From an uncultured delta proteobacterium (GTDB lineage: Bacteria > Myxococcota > Myxococcia > Myxococcales > Myxococcaceae): 64,000 bases of DNA. Both the position numbers and the translations under genes were made by a program. Positions 20,274-33,046 of the stretch are shown here, in pieces. A model generated the notes under the pieces. The model made no database searches and was not told where the DNA came from. It saw only the letters and a list, made by a program, of their open reading frames with translations. The DNA is taken from assembly GCA_963796055.1 (NCBI GenBank), contig CAWCKH010000004.1:1984001-2048000 (forward strand), in the 5' to 3' direction. Within the stretch, counting starts at the first letter, position 1; the number at the start of each line of letters is the position of its first letter.

Positions 20274-22229
20274 TCAGGAACCAGGGCCGGGCGGTGTGGG
20301 TCGGTAGTGCACGGTTGCGGCCGGGGGGCCCCCGTCGGCGGGGACCAAGCGGCTGACCAGCCGGCGGCGGTCGACCAGGCACACCGAGCCACGACCGTCC
20401 CGGCAGTAGAACAAGGTCACCGAGTACAGGGCGTCGGACGCCGTCCCCACAGGGGAAATGGAGGTCGTGGCCTTCAGGAGAGGCCCCGAGGCCTCGAGCT
20501 GCAGCGGCGCCGCCCGACCGGCGACCGAGAGCTCGATGCGCTGCGGTGCTCCGGCGGTGAAGGTGTGCCCCTCCGGCAGGCGCACCTCCAGGGTCAGCCT
20601 GCTGCCCGTCGATGCCACCGTCGCATCCTCGAGGTGCTGGACCGGCAAGGCCCGGGTGGCGAGCACCGGGTGCTCCACCAGCCCCCGGACGGACGGAGGC
20701 GTCACCCCCGAAAGCACCAGCGGAGAGACCGCGCCGGTCGCCGCATCCACCGTCACCAGCCGATGATGGTCGGTGTCGGCCACCACCAGCCGCCCTGCCG
20801 AGAGGGTGAGTCCGCCCGGCTGGGCCAGCCCGCGCACCACGGTGGACACCCGAGCGTCGGGGAGCGAGACCCGGCGCACCGCCCCGTTGAAGGTGTCCGA
20901 CACCCAGAGCACGGATCCGGCGAGCGCGAGCCCCAGCGGATGCTGGAAGCGCGCCTCGCCCAGCGCCCCGTCGCGGAGGCCGAAGTCGAACAGCCCTTCG
21001 CCGGCGAGCGTCTTCACCGTACCCGCGCGTGGATCGACGCGGCGAAGCGCGCTCGCCTCGCTGTCGGCGACGTAGAGGACCTGCCCGTCGGTGGCGAGCC
21101 CCGACGGCTGGGCGAAGGTGGCGTCGGCGAGCGGCCCGTCGGCGAGCCCCTCCCGTCCGTTGCCCGCCCCCGGCGCGAGCGCACCGGTCCTCGGGTCGAG
21201 CTGCCAGAGCTGGTGCGCGCCGGCCATGGCGATCCACAGGGTGTCGCCGAGGAACACCACGTCCCACGGGCTGCGGAGCGCAGCGGTCCGCGCGTCGGCC
21301 GCGGGCTGCATGGCGCCGCCAGCCTTCCGGCCCGTTCCGGCGATGGTCTGGACCCTGCCGGTGGCGAGCTCCACCCGGCGGATGGCGTGGTTGCCGGTAT
21401 CGGCGACGTAGATCGCGCCGTCGCGCTCGGCGAGCCCCTGCGGGGAATTGAAGGAGGCGGTGTCCGGCGCGCCATCCGAGAAGCCCTCGAGCCCCGAGCC
21501 CACCGTGCGCGAGAGCCGTCCTGCCGCGTCGACCACCAGCACTCGGTGGTGCCCCGAGTCGGCGACGGCCAGCCCGCCCCCGACGAGGGCGAGCACCTTG
21601 CCCGGGAAGGCGAGCGGCCCGGTGTCGCGCACCGCAGGGCGCTGGAACTCGGCCGGCCCCGGGGCCAGCACCCCGCGCTCTCTCCCATCGTCCAGCGCCG
21701 CCTGGATCCACGCGATGAGCGTGCCGAGCTCCGGCTCGCCGCGAAACCAGGCGACGGCGTAGCCGCGCGCATCCACCAGCACCGAGGTGGGCCAGCCGTG
21801 GATGGCGTACTGGTCCCAGACCACCAGGTCCGAGTCGGTGGCGACGGGGTGCTGAATTCCGTGCCGGGCCATGGCCTCGGCCACGGCCGACACCTCCTTT
21901 TCGGCGTCGAACTTCCCCGAGTGGATGCCCACCACCTGGAAGGGCTGGCCGGCGAACCGCTCCTCGACGGCGCGGAGCACTGGGAGCGCCTGGAGGCAGT
22001 TCACGCAGCCCGAGGTCCAGAAGTCGAGCAGCACCACCCGGCCCCTGAGCGCGCCGCGGAGCAGCAGCGGCCGGTCGGTCCCGAGCCAGGTCCCCACCCG
22101 GTCCAGGTCCGGGGCCCGGGGGTGACCTCTGTCGAGGAGCGCACGGATGGACATCGTCGGCTCCTGGGCAGCCGGCGCCGGGGTGGGCGCGGCGGCGAGA
22201 AGGGCGAGCACGGGAAGCACAGGGGACAC
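20274..22229 (-). CDS. Secreted thioredoxin-like + NHL-repeat protein
   Basis: LDFWTSGCVNC; repeated VADxGNH/VSDTFNG NHL units. Confidence 0.85.
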   Translation of the reverse strand: MSPVLPVLALLAAAPTPAPAAQEPTMSIRALLDRGHPRAPDLDRVGTWLGTDRPLLLRGALRGRVVLLDFWTSGCVNCLQALPVLRAVEERFAGQPFQVVGIHSGKFDAEKEVSAVAEAMARHGIQHPVATDSDLVVWDQYAIHGWPTSVLVDARGYAVAWFRGEPELGTLIAWIQAALDDGRERGVLAPGPAEFQRPAVRDTGPLAFPGKVLALVGGGLAVADSGHHRVLVVDAAGRLSRTVGSGLEGFSDGAPDTASFNSPQGLAERDGAIYVADTGNHAIRRVELATGRVQTIAGTGRKAGGAMQPAADARTAALRSPWDVVFLGDTLWIAMAGAHQLWQLDPRTGALAPGAGNGREGLADGPLADATFAQPSGLATDGQVLYVADSEASALRRVDPRAGTVKTLAGEGLFDFGLRDGALGEARFQHPLGLALAGSVLWVSDTFNGAVRRVSLPDARVSTVVRGLAQPGGLTLSAGRLVVADTDHHRLVTVDAATGAVSPLVLSGVTPPSVRGLVEHPVLATRALPVQHLEDATVASTGSRLTLEVRLPEGHTFTAGAPQRIELSVAGRAAPLQLEASGPLLKATTSISPVGTASDALYSVTLFYCRDGRGSVCLVDRRRLVSRLVPADGGPPAATVHYRPTPPGPGS

Positions 22230-22333
22230 GGGGGGGCAGCCTTCCGGGAAGGACCTACCCGGGGACTACGCGGCGCGCCACCGGTCGGTTTCGGGCCCAG
22301 GCGCCCCGGCGAGCCGTGGTAGACCCCGCCGCC

Positions 22334-23170
22334 ATGTTGCTTCAAGGCAAGCGCCTGCTCATCACCGGCGTCCTGACTCCCCAGTCACTGGCGTACGGGA
22401 TTGCCGAGCTGGCCCAGTCGGAGGGAGCCGAGATCGTCCTGACCTCGTTCGGCCGCGGCATGTCCTTGACCGAGCGCTCGGCGCGGCGGCTCGACCCGGT
22501 CCCCGACGTCCTGGAGCTCGACGTCAGCAACCCCGAGCACTTCACCCGGCTCACCGAGACGCTCAAGGCTTCGGGGAAACCGCTCCATGGCGTGCTGCAC
22601 GCGGTGGCCTACGCACCCGAGGACGCGCTGGGAGGGAACTTCCTCAACACTCCGTGGGAGAGCGTGGCCACCGCGTTCCGCGTCTCCACCTTCTCGCTCA
22701 AGGAGCTGGCGGTGGCGGTGGCCCCGGTGATGACCGAGGGCGGGAGCATCGTCGCCCTCGACTTCGACAACTCGACCCAGGCCTGGCCGGTCTACGACTG
22801 GATGGGAGTGTGCAAGGCCGGGATGATCTCGGTGATTCGCTACCTCGCGCGCGACCTCGGGCCGAGGAACATCCGGGTGAACGCGGTGGCCTCCGGGCCG
22901 CTGATCACCATCGCCGCGAAGGGGATTCCCGGGTTCAAGCAGCTCTCCGACACCTGGACCCTGTCCGCGCCGCTCGGCTGGAACGCGCGCGACCGCCATC
23001 CGATGGTCGCGAAGACGGTCGTGGCGCTCCTGTCGGACTGGTTCCCCGGGACCACCGCCGAGGTGGTGCACGTGGACGGTGGGCGGCATGCCATCGGCTC
23101 GCCGCCGGTGGACGTCATGGAGCGGATGACAGCCGCAGCAGCGGACGACGAGCCCGGCCCGAAGGAGTGA
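22334..23170 (+). CDS. fabI: Enoyl-ACP reductase (InhA-type FabI)
   Basis: GKRLLITGV, YDWMGVCK, RVNAVASGP, HVDGG. Confidence 0.92.
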   Translation: MLLQGKRLLITGVLTPQSLAYGIAELAQSEGAEIVLTSFGRGMSLTERSARRLDPVPDVLELDVSNPEHFTRLTETLKASGKPLHGVLHAVAYAPEDALGGNFLNTPWESVATAFRVSTFSLKELAVAVAPVMTEGGSIVALDFDNSTQAWPVYDWMGVCKAGMISVIRYLARDLGPRNIRVNAVASGPLITIAAKGIPGFKQLSDTWTLSAPLGWNARDRHPMVAKTVVALLSDWFPGTTAEVVHVDGGRHAIGSPPVDVMERMTAAAADDEPGPKE

Positions 23171-23342
23171 GGCGGGCCGTTCTCTCGTTGCACGGAGAGG
23201 CGGGGAGCCCGAGCGCCTTCCGGACCTCCGGGGGCCCACCGGCGTGACTGGAGCGGCCCCCGCCCGCCCGCGCCGGGGAGCCTCAGCCCCCCGAACCAGG
23301 GGGACGCTGTGGAAGCGCGCAGGAGCGCGCCGTCGATCGGGC

Positions 23343-25607
23343 TCAGAACCGCTTCAGGGCGACGATGTCGTTGTTGAACGGATCGACGTAGTAGACGTTG
23401 CCCTGATCCACCCCGCCGATGAGCGACGAGTTCTGCGCCAGACGAGGGTAGCGATACAGCCACCGCGGCGTCAGACCGGGGCCGAAGTGCAGGACCACGT
23501 CCCCCAGCGTGGCGCTGTTGAGCAGCACGCTGAGGCTCCCGTCGGTCGCGGACTTGACGTTCTTCGCCAGCCGGGACGTCGCCGACCCGTACACGTAGAG
23601 ACCGGGGACGCGCGCCGTGGCCACCGGCCCCGCTCCGTCCGGCTGCCATGCCTCGAAGGTGGTGTACGGCGGGTCGTTGCGCATGGTGACCACCGCGCCG
23701 AGGGCCGGAACGGTGCCGAACGTGCCTCCCTGGACCACGCCGAGCACCAGTGGCTGGCTGGCCAAGGTGACGCCCACTTTTGCGAGATAGCTGCCGGTGA
23801 TGGTTCCGCCGGCACCGACGTGGAGGACGACCCACCGCGGAACGGCCGCAGCCGCGCCGCAGTCGAGGTCCACGCCCACGGCGAAGCTTCCATCCACCAC
23901 CGGGAGGAGCCGGTTGACGGCGAGCACGGTGCAACCGGCGAATGCCGAGTCGGCGCGCTGCTGGGGCACGAACGTGCTCTGGGGGAAAGCGAAGACGCTC
24001 CAGGTCGGCCCACAGAACGTGGCGGTGTCATTCGGGGCGAGGTAGGTCCGCACCGGGCCGAACGCGCCGGTCGTGCCACCCGACGTCGGCGCGGCGAGGT
24101 CCAGTGCCGGGTTGGCCGTGTTGTCCCCGTTGCCGAGGACCAGCTGGCCCGTCGAGGCCTGGAGGCAGGCGACCGTGTGCGTCGCCGGGGCGCCGTAACA
24201 CCCGGTGGGCGTGCCGTTGAGGATGTCGGGGATGCAGACCAGGTCGTCCATCCGCGTGAGCACGGGACCGGTCACGCTGCCGTCGGTCTGGAGTGAGTCG
24301 AGCGCGAACGGCACCGAGTAGCCGGTGGCCGGCCTGGGTCCGTTGATCGGCTCGCCGAGCGCGATGACGTCGCTGCCGGCCCGCTGGGTGCTGTCGGGCC
24401 GGGTGAAGAGCACGTTCCCACGTGCGTCGAAGTCCGCGGCGACGAAGCCCGCGTCGATCGGAAAGGGAATGCTGCCGCCGTCGACGACGGCAAGCGCGGC
24501 CACCCCGGCGTCGTTGAGGATGGGCCCGGCGTCGTTCAGTCCCGCGTCCGGTCCCCCATCGGACCCACCGTCGGGCGTTCCACCCTCCCCGCCATTGCCA
24601 GCGTCGGTCCCGGTGCCCCCCGCGTCGGCGGGGTCGGGCAGGGGCTGGGAGGAGACGATGATGCTGTTCGGATCGAACGGGACGTACGTGCCGTCACCAG
24701 CCCGGAAGAAGCCGGGGAGCCAGTCGGAGGTCGCATTGACCGTGGCGTTCTTCGCCAGCGCCACCTGGATCCCCCGGGCGGTGGCCACCGGCTCGGCGGC
24801 GTCGATGGCGATGCGGCCGGGGACGATGCGGTCCCAGAGCACCCGGCTGAGGAGCACACCCTGCTCGATGTGGCTGGCGTTTCCGTTGGTGGCCCGGGCG
24901 TCGACGGTGAGGCTCACCGACCGCTCCACGTCCACCAGCACCTCGAACGGGACGTCGTACGGGTCGCCGCCGTAGTTGTCGATGCCCAGGCCAGGGGCCT
25001 GGACGAAGGTGACGTCGTAGAACGGCGCGCCTCCGTCGGGGTTGGCGCGCTGGACGATTCCGTTTGCCTCCAGTCCGGCGAGCCTCACCGTCGGCGGGAG
25101 CAGCAGCGGCCGGTCACTGCCCACGGTGAGGTGGAGCGGCGCGAGCGGCGCCACCCGCTCGGGCAGCACCGCGGAGAGCGAGGCGGTGGTGGTGTCGAGC
25201 AGGACGTTGAGCGACTTGGTGCTGACGTGGCCGAGCTGATCCACGCCGATGAACGTGAGCTGCAGCTGGCCCACGCCCGAGTCCGCCACCCCGCTGGTCA
25301 CCAGGGTGCAGCGGGTGAAGTCGACCACTCCGGTGTACGGCGGCACGTTCCAGGTGAAGACGCCGGTGCTCGGCGCCCCGCCGCAGGTCACCGTCACCGA
25401 GCTGACTCCGCTCACCGACACCGCGTCCACGCTGACCGGCGTGTTCAGCGAGATGGTCTGCCCCTCGAGCGGGGAGTGAATGGTGAGCGTGGGCCCCACG
25501 CCTCCGTCGGCGGGAACCTCGGGAAGCTCGAGGTCGAGGCAAGCCGAGAGCAGCAGGCACGACGCGGCGAGGAGCACTTCCCGGCACCGCACCGAAGTCA
25601 CGGACAA
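23343..25607 (-). CDS. Large hypothetical lipoprotein
   Basis: LLSAC lipobox; Ig-like N-terminus; DAG/DGG-rich linker; strong coding bias. Confidence 0.75.
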   Translation of the reverse strand: MSVTSVRCREVLLAASCLLLSACLDLELPEVPADGGVGPTLTIHSPLEGQTISLNTPVSVDAVSVSGVSSVTVTCGGAPSTGVFTWNVPPYTGVVDFTRCTLVTSGVADSGVGQLQLTFIGVDQLGHVSTKSLNVLLDTTTASLSAVLPERVAPLAPLHLTVGSDRPLLLPPTVRLAGLEANGIVQRANPDGGAPFYDVTFVQAPGLGIDNYGGDPYDVPFEVLVDVERSVSLTVDARATNGNASHIEQGVLLSRVLWDRIVPGRIAIDAAEPVATARGIQVALAKNATVNATSDWLPGFFRAGDGTYVPFDPNSIIVSSQPLPDPADAGGTGTDAGNGGEGGTPDGGSDGGPDAGLNDAGPILNDAGVAALAVVDGGSIPFPIDAGFVAADFDARGNVLFTRPDSTQRAGSDVIALGEPINGPRPATGYSVPFALDSLQTDGSVTGPVLTRMDDLVCIPDILNGTPTGCYGAPATHTVACLQASTGQLVLGNGDNTANPALDLAAPTSGGTTGAFGPVRTYLAPNDTATFCGPTWSVFAFPQSTFVPQQRADSAFAGCTVLAVNRLLPVVDGSFAVGVDLDCGAAAAVPRWVVLHVGAGGTITGSYLAKVGVTLASQPLVLGVVQGGTFGTVPALGAVVTMRNDPPYTTFEAWQPDGAGPVATARVPGLYVYGSATSRLAKNVKSATDGSLSVLLNSATLGDVVLHFGPGLTPRWLYRYPRLAQNSSLIGGVDQGNVYYVDPFNNDIVALKRF

Positions 25608-26011
25608 AGAGGCGAGCCTCCCGAGGCAGGGCAGACGCTCGCAAAGGGTACCAGACCCCCGCCGGACTCAGAGAAAGCAGCGGTGGCGCCGAGGTGGTCG
25701 GACCAACCCCAGATGCGCCTGTCAGGAAACGTTCCTCCTCCGCCGCGGACGCTCGAGGTCACCCGCGTCTGGTCGAGGTGATCCACACGTCGCCGCTTGG
25801 CGCCGCGGTGGGCAGCGGCGGCTCCGCGCGTGGAGCGGCTCTCGCGTCCCATCGCCAACGCTGCGACGCGGGTGAGGAAAGGTGTCCCGTCCGCTGGAAC
25901 GCGCGAACCAGCGATGCCGGCGAGGACGTGGCGTCATCCGGGAGGTGCTGTAGAGTCAATCCGTTCGCTTCGGGGCGAAGTGCCCTCGGCGGCCGTGCTC
26001 CCACGAGGGGA

Positions 26012-27177
26012 ATGACCGTGATGTCACTTCGGGTGGCGCTCCTGGGCGTGCTCGTTTCCTCCGCGGCGATGGCGGCGGACACCCGTCTCTCCTGGTCCTC
26101 GATCTCGACCCGAGGGGCGTCGGCCTCCCCGAGTCGCAGGCCGCGACCGGGAGCGTGGTGCGCGGGCTCCGCCAGCTCGAGGTCTTCCAGGTGCTCAGCT
26201 CGGACGACGTGCGGCAACTGCTCGCGCTGGAGCGGACCCGCCAGCTCTCGGGCGCGAAGGCCGAGGGCAGCGTCGGTCAGCTCGGCGCGGCGCTGAACGC
26301 GCCCAACGCGGTGGTGGGCAGCGTCACCCGGGTTGGCGGAAAGCTGCAGGTGGAGATTCGCCTGATCGACGCGCCGACGCAGAAGGTCCTGAGCCAGAAG
26401 AGCCTCAATCAGGTCACCGTCGAGCAGGTGGCGGCCCAGCTCCCCGGGCTGGCGCAGGAGCTGATGGCGCCGCTGCTCCGCGAGCAGCAGGGCTTCCTGG
26501 TGGTGAAGTCGCGCGAGGAAGCGGCGGAGGTCCTGGTCGACGACACGCTGGTGGGGAGCATCCCGCTGAAGGGCTCGATCGACCTGTCCCGCGGCGTGCA
26601 CCGCCTCACCGTGCGCAAGGACGGCTTCATCGCCCAGACCCGCTCGGTGCGGATCGAGCCGAAGCAGACCACGGTCGAGGAGGTCGAGCTCCAGCCCTCG
26701 GCGGACTACGCGAAGGTCTACAAGGACAAGTACGGCAAGATGCGGGTGGGCGCGTGGATCGCCACGGGCGTGGCGATCGCCGGCATCACCACTGCGGTGA
26801 TCATGAACTCCTCGGCCTCCAGCCAGTACGACGAGGAGTTCAAGCCACGGCAGGCCTGGCTCCAGGGCGCGGCCGGCACCGGTCCCCAGACCAAGCCGCC
26901 GGAGATCGCCAACAACCCCACTGCCAGCGCCGCGTGGGACAGCTGCACGACCTCGGGGGCCGCCGCCTGCAAGCAGGCCGCAGAGGACGCCAAGAGCAGC
27001 GTGCAGGTGAAGCAGTACGTGGCCATCGGGGCCGGGGTGATCGGCGTCGCCTCGGCGGGCATCGCCACCTGGCTGTGGCTCAGCGGGAAGGACCCCAACC
27101 GCTACGCCGACGTGGTGGCCGGCGTCAGCCCGAACGGCCAGGGCGGCATGACCCTGGCGCTCGCCGGCCGATTCTGA
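26012..27177 (+). CDS. Secreted PEGA-domain protein, frameshift at TCTCTC 26086-26091
   Basis: Signal peptide in one frame continues as LLVLDLDPRGV... in the frame of the PEGA domain (EVLVDD..GVHRLTVRKDGF). Confidence 0.75.
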
Positions 27178-27186
27178 CCCTCGGCG

Positions 27187-27199
27187 GAGGTGTCAAACA
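27187..27199 (+). repeat. REP-like copy 3, left part (interrupted by IS); TSD TGTCAAACA at 27191-27199
   Basis: GAGG+TGTCAAACA followed directly by the IS left end. Confidence 0.9.
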
Positions 27200-28494
27200 C
27201 TGACGAATCCCCACTTCTCGTGAGGCAGAGCGCGAGGAAAGTCGGGAGCTTGAACGGCGCGTGGCCGCGACACGTCACGCTTGTTCTTGTGAGAAAACCA
27301 GGATCAGTAGACGCGGCCCGCGCCGCGCTTCTTGTCGCGCGTTTCACCAGCCCTCTGCAAGCAGTCCTCGACACCCGGCTCGTCAGCGCGCTGACGGTCG
27401 CAGTGACGGCGGCCTGCATGGGCGCCCAGCTGACGCTGACGTCCCTGGGGCGATGGCTTCCCGGACCAGCGCTTCGCAAGCACTCAGTGAAGCGCATCGA
27501 CCGGCTCCTCGGGAACAACAGGTTGCACCTGAAGCTGGCGGCGTGTTGGGCAGCGCTGGCCGCCCTTCCCGCGAAGGGCCGCATCGTCCTCCTCATCGAC
27601 TGGACGGGCGCCAACGACGGCAAGCAGTGGTGGGTGCTCAGTGCGTCCCTCGCCGCCGCTGGCAGAGCCATCCCGCTCTACGACGCCGTCTTCGGCAAGG
27701 GAGAGTACGACTCGGTCCGAGCACGGGAGACCTTCCTGCGAGAGCTCGAGCGGATTCTGCCTCCGTGCAGGCGAGTCATCTTCGTGGCCGATGCTGGCTT
27801 TCGGGTGCCCTTTCTCAAGCAGCTGGCTTCCCGCGGCTGGGACTTCGTCGTCCGTCTACGTGGCCGCCCCTACGTCCTGCTCAAGCGCACCGGTGAGAGC
27901 TTCCGGCTGAAGGAACTCCGCCGTCGCGCAAGGCCAACGGCAGCGTCGCTCGGCCCGGCACAGGTTTGTCGAGGTAGCAAAGCCTTCGTGTGCCGCCAAC
28001 TCGTGCTCTTCCGGACGCGGCGGAAGGGACGCAAAGCGAAGGACCGACTGGGCCGTGTCCGGAAGTGGCGACGGAGCCGTCACTACGCCTCCTCGTGGCG
28101 GGAACCGTGGGTGCTGCTCACGTCCCTGCCGGACGGCGCCGAGAGGATTCGGCAGCTCTACTCGATGCGCATGGCCATCGAGGAGACCTTCCGAGACATC
28201 AAGAACCCACGCCTCGGCATGGGTTTCGCCGGCTCCGCCTCACGCTCGCTCCCTCGGGTACGCGTCCTGTGGCTCATCGGCGCCATCGCCGCGAAGGTCT
28301 GCAGGGCGATGGGCGAGCACGCCGAGAAGATAGGCCTCGTCCGCGGGCTTCAGGCCAACACCATCAAAGACCGACGGGTGCTCTCCGTCTTCCGTGCCGG
28401 GATGCTCGTCCTCAACATACTCCTCGCCCCCCTCCGGGACGCTCTTGGCGGTCCACCACCCCTACTGCTCGCATGAGAAGTGGGGATCCGTCAG
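27200..28494 (+). mobile_element. IS4-family (IS10-like) insertion sequence, 1295 bp
   Basis: 20-bp IRs CTGACG(A/G)ATCCCCACTTCTC (19/20 match), resembling the IS10 end CTGATGAATCCCC; 9-bp TSD TGTCAAACA. Confidence 0.95.
27289..28476 (+). CDS. IS4-family DDE transposase
   Basis: LIDWT, VADAGF, YSMRMAIEETFRDIK (YREK motif); start uncertain. Confidence 0.92.
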   Translation: MRKPGSVDAARAALLVARFTSPLQAVLDTRLVSALTVAVTAACMGAQLTLTSLGRWLPGPALRKHSVKRIDRLLGNNRLHLKLAACWAALAALPAKGRIVLLIDWTGANDGKQWWVLSASLAAAGRAIPLYDAVFGKGEYDSVRARETFLRELERILPPCRRVIFVADAGFRVPFLKQLASRGWDFVVRLRGRPYVLLKRTGESFRLKELRRRARPTAASLGPAQVCRGSKAFVCRQLVLFRTRRKGRKAKDRLGRVRKWRRSRHYASSWREPWVLLTSLPDGAERIRQLYSMRMAIEETFRDIKNPRLGMGFAGSASRSLPRVRVLWLIGAIAAKVCRAMGEHAEKIGLVRGLQANTIKDRRVLSVFRAGMLVLNILLAPLRDALGGPPPLLLA

Positions 28495-28510
28495 TGTCAA
28501 ACACCTCTGT
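28495..28510 (+). repeat. REP-like copy 3, right part (TSD + CCTCTGT)
   Basis: TGTCAAACACCTCTGT directly after the IS right end. Confidence 0.9.
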
Positions 28511-28654
28511 CGTCCTCTCCTCCGGGTTTCCCACCGGTCGCCCACAGGGCGGGTGCGTGTTACCCCAGCCTTTCCACAAGGATTTCCACGGCCGTGAAAT
28601 GTTCCGTCTGCACTGCTTGCTTCGGGGGGTTGTGGGCGATAGCCTCCGACCTCG

Positions 28655-28867
28655 ATGCGGCTGGCAGAACAGGACACCCGGAAGGACCGGCTGAAGCGGG
28701 AGGGCCCCGCCGTGCTCGACGCGTGGCCGCTCCCGGCGCACGCGGCGGTCCCCGAGGCCGATGAGCCGCTGGACCGCGCGGCGGAGGGCGAGGACGAGCC
28801 CATCACTCAGAAGGTGCCCGCCACGCCGGCACCCGATCCCGGTCGTTCGTCGCCCGGCGAGCGCTAG
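28655..28867 (+). CDS. Small hypothetical protein (70 aa)
   Basis: ATG start, G/C-ending codons, fills the intergenic gap; no recognisable motif. Confidence 0.45.
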   Translation: MRLAEQDTRKDRLKREGPAVLDAWPLPAHAAVPEADEPLDRAAEGEDEPITQKVPATPAPDPGRSSPGER

Positions 28868-29134
28868 GAGCCTGTAGGGCAGCACTGAGTGCGGCCGCCC
28901 TGACCTCGCCGACTGCAGCCCGCCTGACGACACCCTGACCCAGATCTCGACCGCGGCCGCCCTGACTACTCGCCTGCGGCCGCCGTGACCTGCCGACTGC
29001 AGCCCGCCTGACGACACGCTGACCCGGATCTCGGGCGCGGCCGCCCTGACTACTCGCCTGCGGCCGCCGTGACCTGCCGACTGCAGCCCGCCTGACGACA
29101 TGCTGACCCGGATCCCGGGCGCGGCCGCCTTGAC

Positions 29135-29136
<2 letters not shown>
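28866..29136 (+). repeat. GTAG-type repeat copy B followed by about 3 tandem 84-bp units
   Basis: GACTGCAGCCCGCCTGACGACA at 28911, 28995 and 29079 (period 84). Confidence 0.9.
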
Positions 29137-31423
<2,287 letters not shown>

Positions 31424-31427
31424 GGTT

Positions 31428-31751
31428 CTAGATCTCCTCCGGTTCCATCGTCAGGCGGAGCGGGAACTCGTGCTCACGGGCCAGTGCCTCCACCACCTCG
31501 ATCTTCGTTCGAGCCACGTCATACGTATAAACGCCTGCCACCCCGATGCCCGTGTTGTGCACGTGGAGCATGATCGCCACCGCGTCGGATTCCGATTTGT
31601 GGAACACCTCGCGAAGCACTGCCACCACGAAATCGCGGGTGGTGTAGTTGTCGTTGTGAAAGAGCACCTTGTAGAGCTGCGGCCGCTTGAGCTTCCGCTC
31701 GGTCTGGCTCTCGGTGGTGACTCCCGTGTCCGGATCCACGCGCTCGGGCAT
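31428..31751 (-). CDS. clpS: Clp protease adaptor
   Basis: YKVLFHNDNYTTRDFVV, MLHVH, FPLRLTME. Confidence 0.95.
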   Translation of the reverse strand: MPERVDPDTGVTTESQTERKLKRPQLYKVLFHNDNYTTRDFVVAVLREVFHKSESDAVAIMLHVHNTGIGVAGVYTYDVARTKIEVVEALAREHEFPLRLTMEPEEI

Positions 31752-31762
31752 CGGTCTACCTT

Positions 31763-32917
31763 CTAGTCCTTGAATCCGGTCTCCGCCCGCCACGCCGGCA
31801 AGCCGGCCTGGATGGCGGCCCGCTCATGGGCCAGAAATTCCCGGACCGCCCGGTCCAGCCCCCGGTGGAACAGGGCGTGTGCGCTGTAGGTGAGGCTGGG
31901 AGTGAAGCCGCGGACCAGCTTGTGCTCGCCACCGGCGCCCGGCTCGAAGCGGAGCAGCCCGCGGCGAACCACCTCGTCCATCCCGGCGTAGAGGCAGACG
32001 TTGAAGTGGAGGAAGGGGTGCTCCTCGAAGCACCCCCAGTAACGGCCGTAGAGCACCCGGTCGCTCGCGAGGTTGAACGCTCCGGCCACCACCCGGTCCC
32101 CGGCGTGTGCCTGGACCAGCTCCACCCGGTGCCGGAACCGGTCCAGCACCCGGGTGAAGAAGCGCGGGCTCAGGTAGCGGCGTCCCCAGGCGAACTTGTC
32201 GACGGTGCTGGCGTAGAGGCGGAAGGTCTCCTTCGGGTCGGCGTCGGCCAGCGCGTCGCCCCGGAGCACGCGGATCTCCAGCCCCTGCTCGGCGGGGGCG
32301 CGGCGCTCGCGCTTCAGCTGGTTCCGCCGCTTGCTGGTGAAACGCCGGAGCACGTCCTCCGGAGTCCGGTAGCCCTCGTTCAGGAAGTGGTACTGCACGC
32401 CCTGGCGGATGGCGAAGCCCAGGGGCTCCAGGGCCACGGCCTCCGCCTCGGTCGGGAAGAGCACGTGCACGCTGGAGAGCCGCTCCTCGCGTGCGAGCTC
32501 CAGCGCGCCATGGGCGAGCTCCAGCATCCGGGCGCCGCGGTCCTCCCCCGAGGCCACGAGGAAGCGCCGGCCCGTGGCCGGGGTCAGCGGCGCGGCGAGG
32601 ACCAGCTTCGGGTAGTAGGGCACCCCGGCCCGCTCGGAGGCGGTGGCCCAGGAGAAGTCGAAGACGAATTCGCCGCTGCTGTCGGTCTTGAGGTACGCCG
32701 GTGCAGCCGCGACGAGCCGGTGCCCGCGCCACAGGGTGAGGTGGCGGGGTTCCCAGCCCGAGGCGGGGGTCACGCTCCCGCTCGTCTCCAGCGCCTCCAG
32801 CCAGCGCCACTCGAGGAAGGGCGCGGCGTCCTCGTCGACCAGCGCGTTCCAGGGCGCCTCGGGGACTTCGGAGATGCTCCGGTGGACCTTCAGCTGGGTG
32901 GGGAGGGACTGCGACAT
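31763..32917 (-). CDS. FemAB-like GNAT protein (DUF482 family)
   Basis: GEFVFDFSWA, YYPKL, LYGRYWG, LHFNVCLY, FEPGAGGEHK. Confidence 0.88.
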   Translation of the reverse strand: MSQSLPTQLKVHRSISEVPEAPWNALVDEDAAPFLEWRWLEALETSGSVTPASGWEPRHLTLWRGHRLVAAAPAYLKTDSSGEFVFDFSWATASERAGVPYYPKLVLAAPLTPATGRRFLVASGEDRGARMLELAHGALELAREERLSSVHVLFPTEAEAVALEPLGFAIRQGVQYHFLNEGYRTPEDVLRRFTSKRRNQLKRERRAPAEQGLEIRVLRGDALADADPKETFRLYASTVDKFAWGRRYLSPRFFTRVLDRFRHRVELVQAHAGDRVVAGAFNLASDRVLYGRYWGCFEEHPFLHFNVCLYAGMDEVVRRGLLRFEPGAGGEHKLVRGFTPSLTYSAHALFHRGLDRAVREFLAHERAAIQAGLPAWRAETGFKD

Positions 32918-32994
32918 CGGCTCGGGCTGCCCCGTCACGGTGGGGCGGAGATAACGATACCCTGAGTATCGCCGCCACGAACCCCCCTGGCCGG

Positions 32995-33013
32995 GAGGTG
33001 TCAAACACCTCTG
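32995..33013 (+). repeat. REP-like copy 4
   Basis: GAGGTGTCAAACACCTCTG. Confidence 0.9.
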
Positions 33014-33046
33014 ACGGCCCGGTGGGGAACGGTCGGCAGGTTGCCC

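Noticed and set aside
17069..20356. Very long antisense ORFs (e.g. 1095 aa opposite sucA, and many others)
   Set aside because: Shadow ORFs expected in high-GC DNA opposite well-supported genes.
27190..27288. N-terminal extension of the IS4 transposase given by the ORF track
   Set aside because: That start codon lies outside the element, in the target repeat.
28412..29101. 229-aa minus-strand ORF with 28-aa repeats
   Set aside because: By-product of the 84-bp (multiple of 3) array; it runs into the IS end and overlaps a better plus-strand ORF.
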